DNA of 64,000 nt from Acidimicrobiales bacterium. GTDB lineage: Bacteria > Actinomycetota > Acidimicrobiia > Acidimicrobiales > CADCSY01. This document shows, piece after piece, positions 9,140 through 16,913 of this stretch. Made by a program: the position numbers and the translations under genes. The notes under the pieces were generated by a model. The model saw nothing but the letters and a program-made list of their open reading frames with translations. It made no database searches and was not told where the DNA came from. The first letter of the stretch is position 1. Each line of letters begins with the position of its first letter. The stretch spans positions 14,671-78,670 of the forward strand of contig JAOBWJ010000163.1 in the NCBI GenBank assembly GCA_025463335.1. Direction: 5' to 3'.

Positions 9140-10659
9140 GAGAACACCCTGCGCGACGAATGCCTGCGCGAGGCCGGGGCCACCGCGATGGTCGCGCGCA
9201 CATTCGCTCCCACCACGGACGCCTCGACGGCGGCGTCCCGGATGTCCTCCGCCTTCGTAGAACCGAGCGTCGCCGCCACGATGACGTCGCCGACCTCACC
9301 GGCCACGGCCAGCGCGTCGGATGAGGACTGGAGCGGTGGGGCGACGACGATGACGACGTCGACGATGCAGAGGAGGTCGGTGAGCAGCTTGCCGAACCGG
9401 CTCGGTGCCACGGGCCCGTTGAGCGTGCCGTTCAACAGGCGCACCCCGGGGATCGCCGTCGGGACCAGGGCATCTTCGAGGGTGGCCTGCCCCTTCAGGA
9501 CGGCACCGAGCACGGGGGCCTTCCCGTCGGACGCGAGCTTGGTCGGCCCGGCGTCCGCCCCCCCGAGCTGGACCACGGCGACCGAGTGGTCGATCTCGGC
9601 GATCGCCGCGGCGAGCCCGAAGCCCAGCGCGGGAGCGGCGTCGAGGTGCCCTGCGTCAACGATGACGATGGAGTGGGAGGCGCTATCGCTTATGCCCATC
9701 ACCGAGGCCCGCAGATGTCGGAACTCCTTGCCCAACCGGTCCGACGGCACTGCCATGGCGGAACGAGACACCACACCGGCGGACGGCGCGCCGGCGGCAG
9801 CCGCCGTCTCCTCGGCCGTGTCCACGGTCCGGCGGAGACGCTCGCCCACGAGCACCACGGAGGCCAGCACGGCCAGGGCCCCGGCGACGGCGAGGGCGAC
9901 GGCGCCGGCCAGCGGCACACCCTGCCGCGACGCCGGCGGCTCTGCCCGCTGGACCACAGCCAGCAGGTTGGAACGATCGAGCAGCTGGGCCCGCCAGTCC
10001 TGATAGGCGAGCTCGGCGCGGCTGATGAGGTCCGCCTGCGACGTGACCTGGTCCCTCACCACTCCGAGGCGCGCCGCGGCCGCCGGCTGGGGGAGCTGGG
10101 CCGTGAGCTGTGTCACCTCCGAGCGCGAGGCGGCGAGCTGCGCCCTCAGCGCGGCCAGCCTGTCCTCGAAGGAGGCGTTGATGCGCGTGAGTGTCTGATC
10201 GTCCTGGCGCGCGAGGGTCGCGAGAAGGACCGATGCGGCGGTGTTCGCGGCTCGGGCTGCCGTCGTCCGTGACGAGGAAGTGGCACGGATGTCGAGGAGC
10301 TCGCTGTTCGGCCGGAGGTGGACCGAGATGTCGGGTCGAGCGTCGAGCTTGAGCCGAGCCGCCACCTCGTCGCGAGCCGCCCCCGAGGTGGCGAGCCGGG
10401 CGTAGGTGGTCTCCAGCCGATCGAGGTAGGCGAGCCCGTCCGAACGAACGACGTCGGAGAGGGATCCGGGCGTTACGAGGCGCAAGGTGGTGGAGCCTTC
10501 GTAGCGCTGCGTGCTGGACACGAGGATGAGGCTCATCGCCACTGCTCCCATGACCAGCACGACGCCGAACCACCACCGGCGACGCACGGCGCGAGCGAGC
10601 GACGAAGCAGTCATTTCGACGCGGCCCCCCGGCTTGGTGTGAGTCGGTTGCGAGTGCAT
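9136..10659 (-). CDS. Polysaccharide co-polymerase (Wzz-like) fused to a degenerate BY-kinase-like P-loop domain
   Basis: Track ORF 9136..10749 trimmed to ATG 10659, which has GAGGAGG 4 nt upstream. Two TM segments flank a coiled-coil periplasmic-type region. The C-terminal domain aligns by eye to the CpsD/CapB fold, but Walker A (IVIVDAGHLDAAPALG) and Walker B (VVIVVAPP) are not conserved. Confidence 0.8.
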   Translation of the reverse strand: MHSQPTHTKPGGRVEMTASSLARAVRRRWWFGVVLVMGAVAMSLILVSSTQRYEGSTTLRLVTPGSLSDVVRSDGLAYLDRLETTYARLATSGAARDEVAARLKLDARPDISVHLRPNSELLDIRATSSSRTTAARAANTAASVLLATLARQDDQTLTRINASFEDRLAALRAQLAASRSEVTQLTAQLPQPAAAARLGVVRDQVTSQADLISRAELAYQDWRAQLLDRSNLLAVVQRAEPPASRQGVPLAGAVALAVAGALAVLASVVLVGERLRRTVDTAEETAAAAGAPSAGVVSRSAMAVPSDRLGKEFRHLRASVMGISDSASHSIVIVDAGHLDAAPALGFGLAAAIAEIDHSVAVVQLGGADAGPTKLASDGKAPVLGAVLKGQATLEDALVPTAIPGVRLLNGTLNGPVAPSRFGKLLTDLLCIVDVVIVVAPPLQSSSDALAVAGEVGDVIVAATLGSTKAEDIRDAAVEASVVGANVRATIAVAPASRRHSSRRVFS

Positions 10660-10945
10660 GGTTCCTCCTCGATTGCCGCTAGGTGCCTGTGATCGGTCCT
10701 CGACGTGGCGGAGTCGGTGCGACCTCCGGCCGTCGCAGCGGCCGACCACCTCGAAGACGGATCACTAGGTGGAGTGAACCGGTCACCTCGTCAGTACGAA
10801 AGCCCCCAAGGGCGTGCGCACAGGCCCCCTTATCGGTGGGTGGCGACGGGCGCCTGGGGCCGCACCCTCAGATGCGCCTGCCGCGGTCGGGCGACCAGCC
10901 GTACGGTCCGAACGACGGGTGCACAACGCCTCCAAGAAGGACCGG

Positions 10946-11197
10946 ATGCTGACGATGACACTGGATCCCGCGCATCCCACTGGGCGGCGCATCCACATCC
11001 TCGAACGGCTGGCGGCCACGGCCATAGCCATCCACGCCGTGGAGCTGGAGATGAGCGACGCCTCTCGGCCCCTGCTGCACGACGCGCTCGACGAGCTGCG
11101 GTCCACGATCATCGAGCTCCGAGGATTTCTGACCGAGGACGAGCCCCAAGAGTCCGAGCCCCTCCAGCCCCTCGAGTCGCCGAAGCAGCGTCAGTAG
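10946..11197 (+). CDS. Small hypothetical protein (83 aa), helical, reminiscent of a histidine-kinase DHp hairpin
   Basis: Inner part of track ORF 10814..11197. ATG 10946 has AAGAAGGA 4 nt upstream. Third codon positions are almost all G/C. Sequence ERLAATAIAIHAVELEMSDASRPLLHDALDELRSTIIELRGFL. Confidence 0.5.
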   Translation: MLTMTLDPAHPTGRRIHILERLAATAIAIHAVELEMSDASRPLLHDALDELRSTIIELRGFLTEDEPQESEPLQPLESPKQRQ

Positions 11198-13707
11198 CTG
11201 TAGCTGGAGGTCCCCGTTCGCAGTACCTCGTCGAGCGCCCCCGGCTCGGCGAAGAGGCCACCCTGGCCGAAGGTGCATCCGAGCAGGCGCAGGCGGTCCC
11301 GCTGCGCGATGGTCGTCACTCCGCTGGCGATCGTGTCCATGCCGAGTCCCTGGGCAAGCCCGATCAATGCGGCCACGACGGCGTCGTCCTCGACGTTGGT
11401 GGACATCCCGGCGATGAAGCTGCGATCGATCTTCAGCACGTCGACAGGGAGATCACGAAGATCCCGGAGCCAGGCGTGGCCCGTGCCGAAGTCGTCGATG
11501 GCGAGGGAGACCCCGGCGTCCTTGAACCGCTCGAGCATCCGGCGGGCCGCCCGGGTGGCCTCGACGACGGGGGTCCCCGTGAGTCCGAGTGAGAGGCGTT
11601 GCGGGGCCATGCCCGTCTCGCCCACCAGGTGGAGGAGCGTGTCGGCCATGTCGGGCACCAGCAGGTGGGGCGCGGACAGGTTGACGTAGAGCTGAAGGTC
11701 ACCTCGCCCGGCCAGCGCCCGGCACGCTTCCTGAACGGACCACTCGCCGAGGCGACGAGCGAGGTCGGGGCTCCCTTCGGCCGCCTCGACGAACTCGGCC
11801 GGACTGACCTCGCCGAGCTCCGGATGCGCCCACTTGGCCACGGCCTCGAGGCCGTGCAGCGCCCCGGTGCGGAGGTCGACGAGGGGCTGGTACGCCATTT
11901 GGAGTCGGTCGTGGCGGATGGCATCACGCTGGCTCTGGGCCAGGCTGGAACGGCGGTGGGTGACATCACGGAGGTCGGGTGTGAACACCTGGGATCGTCC
12001 GCCCCCCTGGTGCTTGGCTTCGTACATGGCGGAGTCGGCGTCCTGGAGCACCTGGTCGACGCCCTTCGAGCGGGACGCCACGACGATCCCGATGCTCGCC
12101 GAGGGCTCGATCACGGCGCCGGCGATGGGCAAGGGCTTTCCGAGAGAGGTGTGGATGCGGTCGGCGAGGAGCTCGGCGGCCGCTGGATCGGGCACGGACT
12201 CGGAGATGACGAGGAACTCGTCGCCACCGAAGCGGGCCACCGTGTCGCCCGTCCGCAACGCGGCGTGGATGCGGTCGGCGACGGTTTGGAGGACCACATC
12301 ACCGGCCGCGTGGCCGATCGTGTCGTTGACCTTCTTGAAGCCATCCAGGTCGAGGAAGAGCACGGCCGTCAGGCTGAAGTCGCGGGCGCCCCGTTCCAAG
12401 GCGTGATGCACGCGGTCGAGCGCGAGCGTGCGGTTCGGCAGGCCGGTCAGCGGGTCGTGCAGGGCCTGATGGGTCAGGGCGGTCTCCGCCTGGCGCTGTT
12501 CGGTCACGTCGTAGCAGACGACGACGGCGCCCAGCTTCTCCCCGCCCGAGCTCGACAGCGGCTCGCCCCGGACGACGCAGATTCGCAGCTCCCCGGAGTC
12601 GTCCGGCACTGCGAACTCCATCTCGGGCACGGTCTCACCGCCGAGGGCACGACGAAGGGCGCCGTCGCCGGCGACCGCCTCCCCCGAGCGGAGGTCGACC
12701 ATGTCCCGTGCCAGGGCGGCGAAGGGACCAGCGCCTCGGGCGTCCGTGCTCGAAGCCTCGAAGAAGTTCGCCGCTCGGTTGCGGATCCTCATCCTCCCCT
12801 CGACATCGCAGGCCATGATCCCGGCGTCGATGTTGTCGAGGACGGAGTCGAAGAAGCGACGCTGCTCCTCCAGCGCGCGCCCGAGGGCTGCTCGCTCGAC
12901 CGCGAACCGGACGGTGCGCCGGAGCACCTCGCGGGTTGCCTCCTCGACGGGCACCACGTCGGCGGCGCCAGACGCGAGCGACACCAACTCGGCCGCCTCC
13001 GTGCTGGAACCGATGATGGCCACCACGGGAATGGGTGGACACGCGGCCACGGCGGAGCGAAGCGCCTCGTGCCGACGGATCCCCGGCCCGTCGAGCTCGA
13101 CGATCACGCAGTCGACAGCGGACAGGTCGGCCGAAATGAGGTCGTCGACCGTCGCGACGACGGAGACCTCCAGACCGGCATCGGCAAGCCGGACGACGAC
13201 GTCGGAATCGCCCCCGCTCACGAGCACCACTCGCACGTTCGCGGCCGACTGCGTCGCCGGCACCGCAACCGCGGGCTGGTCGACCGGTCGAGGCCGTGAC
13301 GGGCGGTGCTCAGAGTCGAGGTCGTCCAGCGCACCGGTGACGACGGCCTTTGCCAGGTGGCACAGCGCGGCGAAGGTGGTCGGCTTGTTGGCGTAGGCGG
13401 CTCCCAGGTCCACGGCGAGGGCGCGGTCGCTGGCGGAGACGGACGCGGAGAGCACGACGATCTCCAGATCGGCGACATTCGGCAAGGAGCGGATCGCTCG
13501 CATCACTTCCCGGCCATCGGTCCCCGGCATGTTGAGATCGAGGAGCACCAGGTCAGGGTGGTCGCCATCCTCCAGCCGGGCGAGTGCCTCGTCCCCATCG
13601 GTGAGTATCTCGAGACGGGTCCCGGGTGCAGCCTCGATGAACGCCTCCCTCGTGAGGCTCGCCCATGCGGCGTCATCCTCGATGAGAAGCACCCGGGTGG
13701 CGGTCAT
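11191..13707 (-). CDS. Response regulator with REC, second REC-like domain, PAS, GGDEF (intact, with RxxD I-site) and degenerate EAL domain
   Basis: Track ORF. REC: LVLLDLNMPGTDG. GGDEF: RTGDTVARFGGDEF. EAL domain has EAV, VNLS, DDFGTG and KIDRSF, but LGLTGT replaces E-x-T-E and ASGVTT replaces AEGVET. ATG overlaps the stop of the upstream kinase (ATGA at 13704-13707). Confidence 0.9.
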   Translation of the reverse strand: MTATRVLLIEDDAAWASLTREAFIEAAPGTRLEILTDGDEALARLEDGDHPDLVLLDLNMPGTDGREVMRAIRSLPNVADLEIVVLSASVSASDRALAVDLGAAYANKPTTFAALCHLAKAVVTGALDDLDSEHRPSRPRPVDQPAVAVPATQSAANVRVVLVSGGDSDVVVRLADAGLEVSVVATVDDLISADLSAVDCVIVELDGPGIRRHEALRSAVAACPPIPVVAIIGSSTEAAELVSLASGAADVVPVEEATREVLRRTVRFAVERAALGRALEEQRRFFDSVLDNIDAGIMACDVEGRMRIRNRAANFFEASSTDARGAGPFAALARDMVDLRSGEAVAGDGALRRALGGETVPEMEFAVPDDSGELRICVVRGEPLSSSGGEKLGAVVVCYDVTEQRQAETALTHQALHDPLTGLPNRTLALDRVHHALERGARDFSLTAVLFLDLDGFKKVNDTIGHAAGDVVLQTVADRIHAALRTGDTVARFGGDEFLVISESVPDPAAAELLADRIHTSLGKPLPIAGAVIEPSASIGIVVASRSKGVDQVLQDADSAMYEAKHQGGGRSQVFTPDLRDVTHRRSSLAQSQRDAIRHDRLQMAYQPLVDLRTGALHGLEAVAKWAHPELGEVSPAEFVEAAEGSPDLARRLGEWSVQEACRALAGRGDLQLYVNLSAPHLLVPDMADTLLHLVGETGMAPQRLSLGLTGTPVVEATRAARRMLERFKDAGVSLAIDDFGTGHAWLRDLRDLPVDVLKIDRSFIAGMSTNVEDDAVVAALIGLAQGLGMDTIASGVTTIAQRDRLRLLGCTFGQGGLFAEPGALDEVLRTGTSSYSY

Positions 13708-16193
13708 GCGTTGGCCACTTCCTGCTCGGCGGCGACTGGCTCGACGCCCCCGGCTGCCTCCAGCGTGAAGATGAAGGTCGAACCGTTGCCGACGCTCGAC
13801 TCCACTCGCAGCTCACCGCCGTGGAGATCGACGACTCGGCGGCACACGGCCAGACCGATCCCCATGCCGGTGAACTGATCGGACCGGTGGAGCCGGCGGA
13901 ACATGGCGAAGATCTGGTCCTGGTGTTGCGGTGGGATGCCGATGCCGTTGTCCTTCACCGACACCGTCCAGTGGCTCTGTGTCTGGTTGGGCTCGGCGGT
14001 GATGAGGATCTCCGGCGGCCGCGACGCGTCGCGGAAGCGGATGGCGTTGGCGACCAGGTTCTGCACGAGCTGCAACAACTGGGCCTGGTCGCCGAGGACC
14101 GTCGGTAGTGGGCCGACGTCGATGGTGGCGTGCGCCTCCTCGATCGCGGTGGTGAGGTTGGCCAGCGCGGCGTCGGTGACCACCGCCAGGTTGACCGGAC
14201 CGAGCTCCTGCACATCCTCCCGCAGTCGCGAGAACTCGAGGAGCCCCTCGATGAGCTGGCGCATCCGTTCCACCCCGGCGGCCACCGCTCCCAGGTAGCC
14301 GATGGCCCGTCCGTCGAGCGGCTGACCGAGCGTGTAGCGATGGGTGAGCAGCCCGACGTAGCCGCCCACGACGCGCAGCGGCTCGGAGAGGTCGTGGGAC
14401 ACGATGGACGCGAACTCCTCGAGGTCGCGATTCGAGCGCTCCAGATCGGCCGCGTACGACGCCAGCGCTGCCCGGTCAAGCATCTCGGACGTCATGTCAT
14501 GGGTGATCAGCGATGCCCCATCCGGCTCACCCGGCAATCCGCGGAGCGGCGACAAGGCCACGACGACGTCGACCACCGAGCCGTCGCGTCGACGGTGCCG
14601 CGTGAGGCGCTCGTTGACCGACTCGCCCAAGGCCACCTGGTGCAGCGCGTCGGTCATCTCGGCCTGGTGCTCCTCGGGCACCAGCAAGGCGATCGGCTGC
14701 CCGACCGCCTCTTCTGCCCGCCAGCCGTAGAGCCGTTCGGCGCCCGGGTTCCACGAGGTGATCGTTCCGTCCAGTGACAGAGCGAGGATCGGGTCCTGGG
14801 TCGACGAGACGATCGACGACAGGAGGGCGCGGTCCGCTTCGACGCGTCGGCGCAGGGAAACGTCGCGGATGATGGCGATCAACTGGCTGCGGTCGTCGTC
14901 GGGTCGAAGTGGGCTGATGTCGACCTCGACCGGCACGACCATGCCGTCGGCGCGGATCGCCGAGAGCGCGTCATCGGGCCAGACCGGTGGCTGTGCCCTT
15001 CTCGGGGTCAGGGACCACCCGGGGATCAGTTCGTCGACCTTCCGCCCGACGAGGTACTCGGGCACGACACCGAGCAGGTCGACCGCACGCTGCGAGGCGG
15101 AGGAGATGGTGCCCTCCCGGTCGATGACGAGGATGAGATCCGGAGCACTGGCGATGGTGGCCCGGAGGCGCTCCTCGGACGCGACGAGCGATCGCAGGGC
15201 GCGCTTGGCCGCAGCCGTCCACTGGCGATTCCCGCTGGCAAGGGACGCCACTAGACACGCCAACACCATGGTGAGCGCGAGCCCGATGCCGAGGACCGCG
15301 CTGGTCCGATCGGCGAGCCCCGCGGCCAGGTGGTGCGTTGGCGTCACGACAAGCTTCCAGCTCCGGTCGGCGACCGTGATGGCGAGCGTTCGAGGCGGTC
15401 GAAGGACGCGACCTGGCTGGCCGGCCCTAGCCACGGGCCCGTTCCTGCTGTCGTCATGGATGGCGACGTTGATCCCTTTGGGGAGTCGCAGTTGCTCGAC
15501 GAGCTCCTGGGCGCCAAACGGCAGACTCGACCAGCCCACGACCGCGGCCCGCCGCTGCGTGGGAGACGCGATCGGCGCTCCCGCCGCGAAGACCGGCGCA
15601 TAGATGATGTACGACCCGGACCGCGACGCGCGGGGAAGCAACCGGTCGACGATCGGCGCCGGTGACGAGCTCACGACCGCGGCGCCGCGCTCCGTGGCGG
15701 CAGTGAGCGCCTCGGCGGCGGGCGTGCCCAGCAGGTCGACGCCCCCCGCGGACCGGAAGGGCGCAGCCGGCTCCTCGTAGCGGACCACGGCCAGGTCGTG
15801 AGGCACGCCCGAGCCGGCCGTTGCGAGGCCGGCGCGGATCTGACGGATGTAACCCATTCCGGACACGTCGGGGAAGCGCGCACGGGCCTGAGCGGCGAAA
15901 CGGACGAACTCGTCCCTGGTCAGCTCCGGGGCGAGCGACAGGACGGCGGCCGTCGCCTCGGCCGCGCCGACCCGTGCATCGAGTCGAGATCGCAGCTGGT
16001 CCCGTACGTCGGCGACGGCGGGGTCGATTCGCTCTTTGATCTCGTCGGAGTGACGCTCGCGCTCGACGTCGGCCGCCGCGAAGGTTGCCACCGTCCCCAC
16101 GAGCAGCGCGACGAACGGTGCGACGATGCCGACGATGCGGGCCCAGTGAGGGCCTCCTCGCAGAACCGTCGTAGTCGAGGTCGCGTGGTCCAT
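13704..16193 (-). CDS. Sensor histidine kinase: two TM helices flanking a large extracytoplasmic (CHASE-like) domain, two PAS, HisKA, HATPase_c
   Basis: Track ORF 13704..16610 trimmed to ATG 16193 (MDHATSTTTVL), because the upstream part overlaps the regulator gene in another frame. H-box FASIVSHDLSEPL; N/G boxes NLVANAIRF, DNGIGIP, GMGIGLAV. Confidence 0.85.
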   Translation of the reverse strand: MDHATSTTTVLRGGPHWARIVGIVAPFVALLVGTVATFAAADVERERHSDEIKERIDPAVADVRDQLRSRLDARVGAAEATAAVLSLAPELTRDEFVRFAAQARARFPDVSGMGYIRQIRAGLATAGSGVPHDLAVVRYEEPAAPFRSAGGVDLLGTPAAEALTAATERGAAVVSSSPAPIVDRLLPRASRSGSYIIYAPVFAAGAPIASPTQRRAAVVGWSSLPFGAQELVEQLRLPKGINVAIHDDSRNGPVARAGQPGRVLRPPRTLAITVADRSWKLVVTPTHHLAAGLADRTSAVLGIGLALTMVLACLVASLASGNRQWTAAAKRALRSLVASEERLRATIASAPDLILVIDREGTISSASQRAVDLLGVVPEYLVGRKVDELIPGWSLTPRRAQPPVWPDDALSAIRADGMVVPVEVDISPLRPDDDRSQLIAIIRDVSLRRRVEADRALLSSIVSSTQDPILALSLDGTITSWNPGAERLYGWRAEEAVGQPIALLVPEEHQAEMTDALHQVALGESVNERLTRHRRRDGSVVDVVVALSPLRGLPGEPDGASLITHDMTSEMLDRAALASYAADLERSNRDLEEFASIVSHDLSEPLRVVGGYVGLLTHRYTLGQPLDGRAIGYLGAVAAGVERMRQLIEGLLEFSRLREDVQELGPVNLAVVTDAALANLTTAIEEAHATIDVGPLPTVLGDQAQLLQLVQNLVANAIRFRDASRPPEILITAEPNQTQSHWTVSVKDNGIGIPPQHQDQIFAMFRRLHRSDQFTGMGIGLAVCRRVVDLHGGELRVESSVGNGSTFIFTLEAAGGVEPVAAEQEVANA

Positions 16194-16206
16194 GGGTACG
16201 AACGTG

Positions 16207-16911
16207 CTAGTAGCCGGACGCCTTGGACGGGCCCGTCGGGCGCAACCGTTCGTCACTCGACCCGAGCAGGCCGTAGTGCCGGGCCACGGCAACGGCCTCG
16301 AGCTGTGAGTGGGCGCCGAGCTTGACCAGCACGTTGCGCACGTAGCCGCGGCAGGTGTGGACGCGGATGCCGAGTTGGCGGGCGATCGTCTGCGGGTCGA
16401 TCCCAGCGGCGAGGAGCGCGAGCACCTCTCGTTCCCGTTCCGTGAGGTCGGGCGCCCAGGCCCAGTGCCCGGGGCCTCCCCGCGGCGCCAGCCCGTCGCG
16501 GAGTGAACGGAGGGTCTCGTCGTCCAGCAGGAGCCCGGGCTCGGCGCGCGAGCGCAGCGCGCCGAGCACGACCTCGAGCGGACTGTCCTTGGCCACGAAG
16601 CCGTCAGCACCGGCGGCCATCGTCCGCACGAACGTCTCGATGTCGGCCATCGCCGTCAGGACGACGATGCGTACACCGGGGTACTCCGCCTTGATGCGGC
16701 GGGTGCCCTCGATGCCGTCCATCTCTGGCATGTCGAGATCCATCAGCACGACGTCGATCTCGGTGCCGGCCAGGACCTTGAGTCCTTCCTCGACGGTCGA
16801 GGCGGTGGCCTCGCACGTCATGTCGGGCTCCGTGCCTATGGCCAGGCGGAGGGCGTCCTTGAACGCCCGTTGATCGTCAACACACATGACCCGCAAGATC
16901 GGATCGCTCAT
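16207..16911 (-). CDS. NarL/FixJ (LuxR-type HTH) response regulator
   Basis: Track ORF. REC motifs CVDDQ, VVLMDLDMPEMDG. C-terminal LTEREREVLALLAAGIDPQTIARQLGIRVHTCRGYVRNVLVKLG. Confidence 0.9.
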   Translation of the reverse strand: MSDPILRVMCVDDQRAFKDALRLAIGTEPDMTCEATASTVEEGLKVLAGTEIDVVLMDLDMPEMDGIEGTRRIKAEYPGVRIVVLTAMADIETFVRTMAAGADGFVAKDSPLEVVLGALRSRAEPGLLLDDETLRSLRDGLAPRGGPGHWAWAPDLTEREREVLALLAAGIDPQTIARQLGIRVHTCRGYVRNVLVKLGAHSQLEAVAVARHYGLLGSSDERLRPTGPSKASGY

Positions 16912-16913
16912 GG

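Noticed and set aside
10660-10945. Possible c-di-GMP riboswitch or other leader element in the 286-bp region upstream of the glycan operon.
   Set aside because: I read the minus-strand leader and did not find the GEMM-I hallmarks (GGCAAA ... GACGCAAAGCC ... tetraloop-receptor layout). Only short GC hairpins are present, for example around 10790-10825. A covariance-model scan (Rfam cmscan) would be needed to exclude it properly.
13704-16610. N-terminal extensions of several track ORFs (968-aa version of the kinase; likewise 1508..3922, 18501..20045, 31892..33121, 59243..60925, 53779..55941).
   Set aside because: The upstream parts overlap neighbouring, well-supported genes in another frame or strand and translate to Arg/Ser/Pro-rich junk. 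Each was trimmed to the start codon that gives a family-typical N-terminus, an SD sequence or a stop/start overlap.
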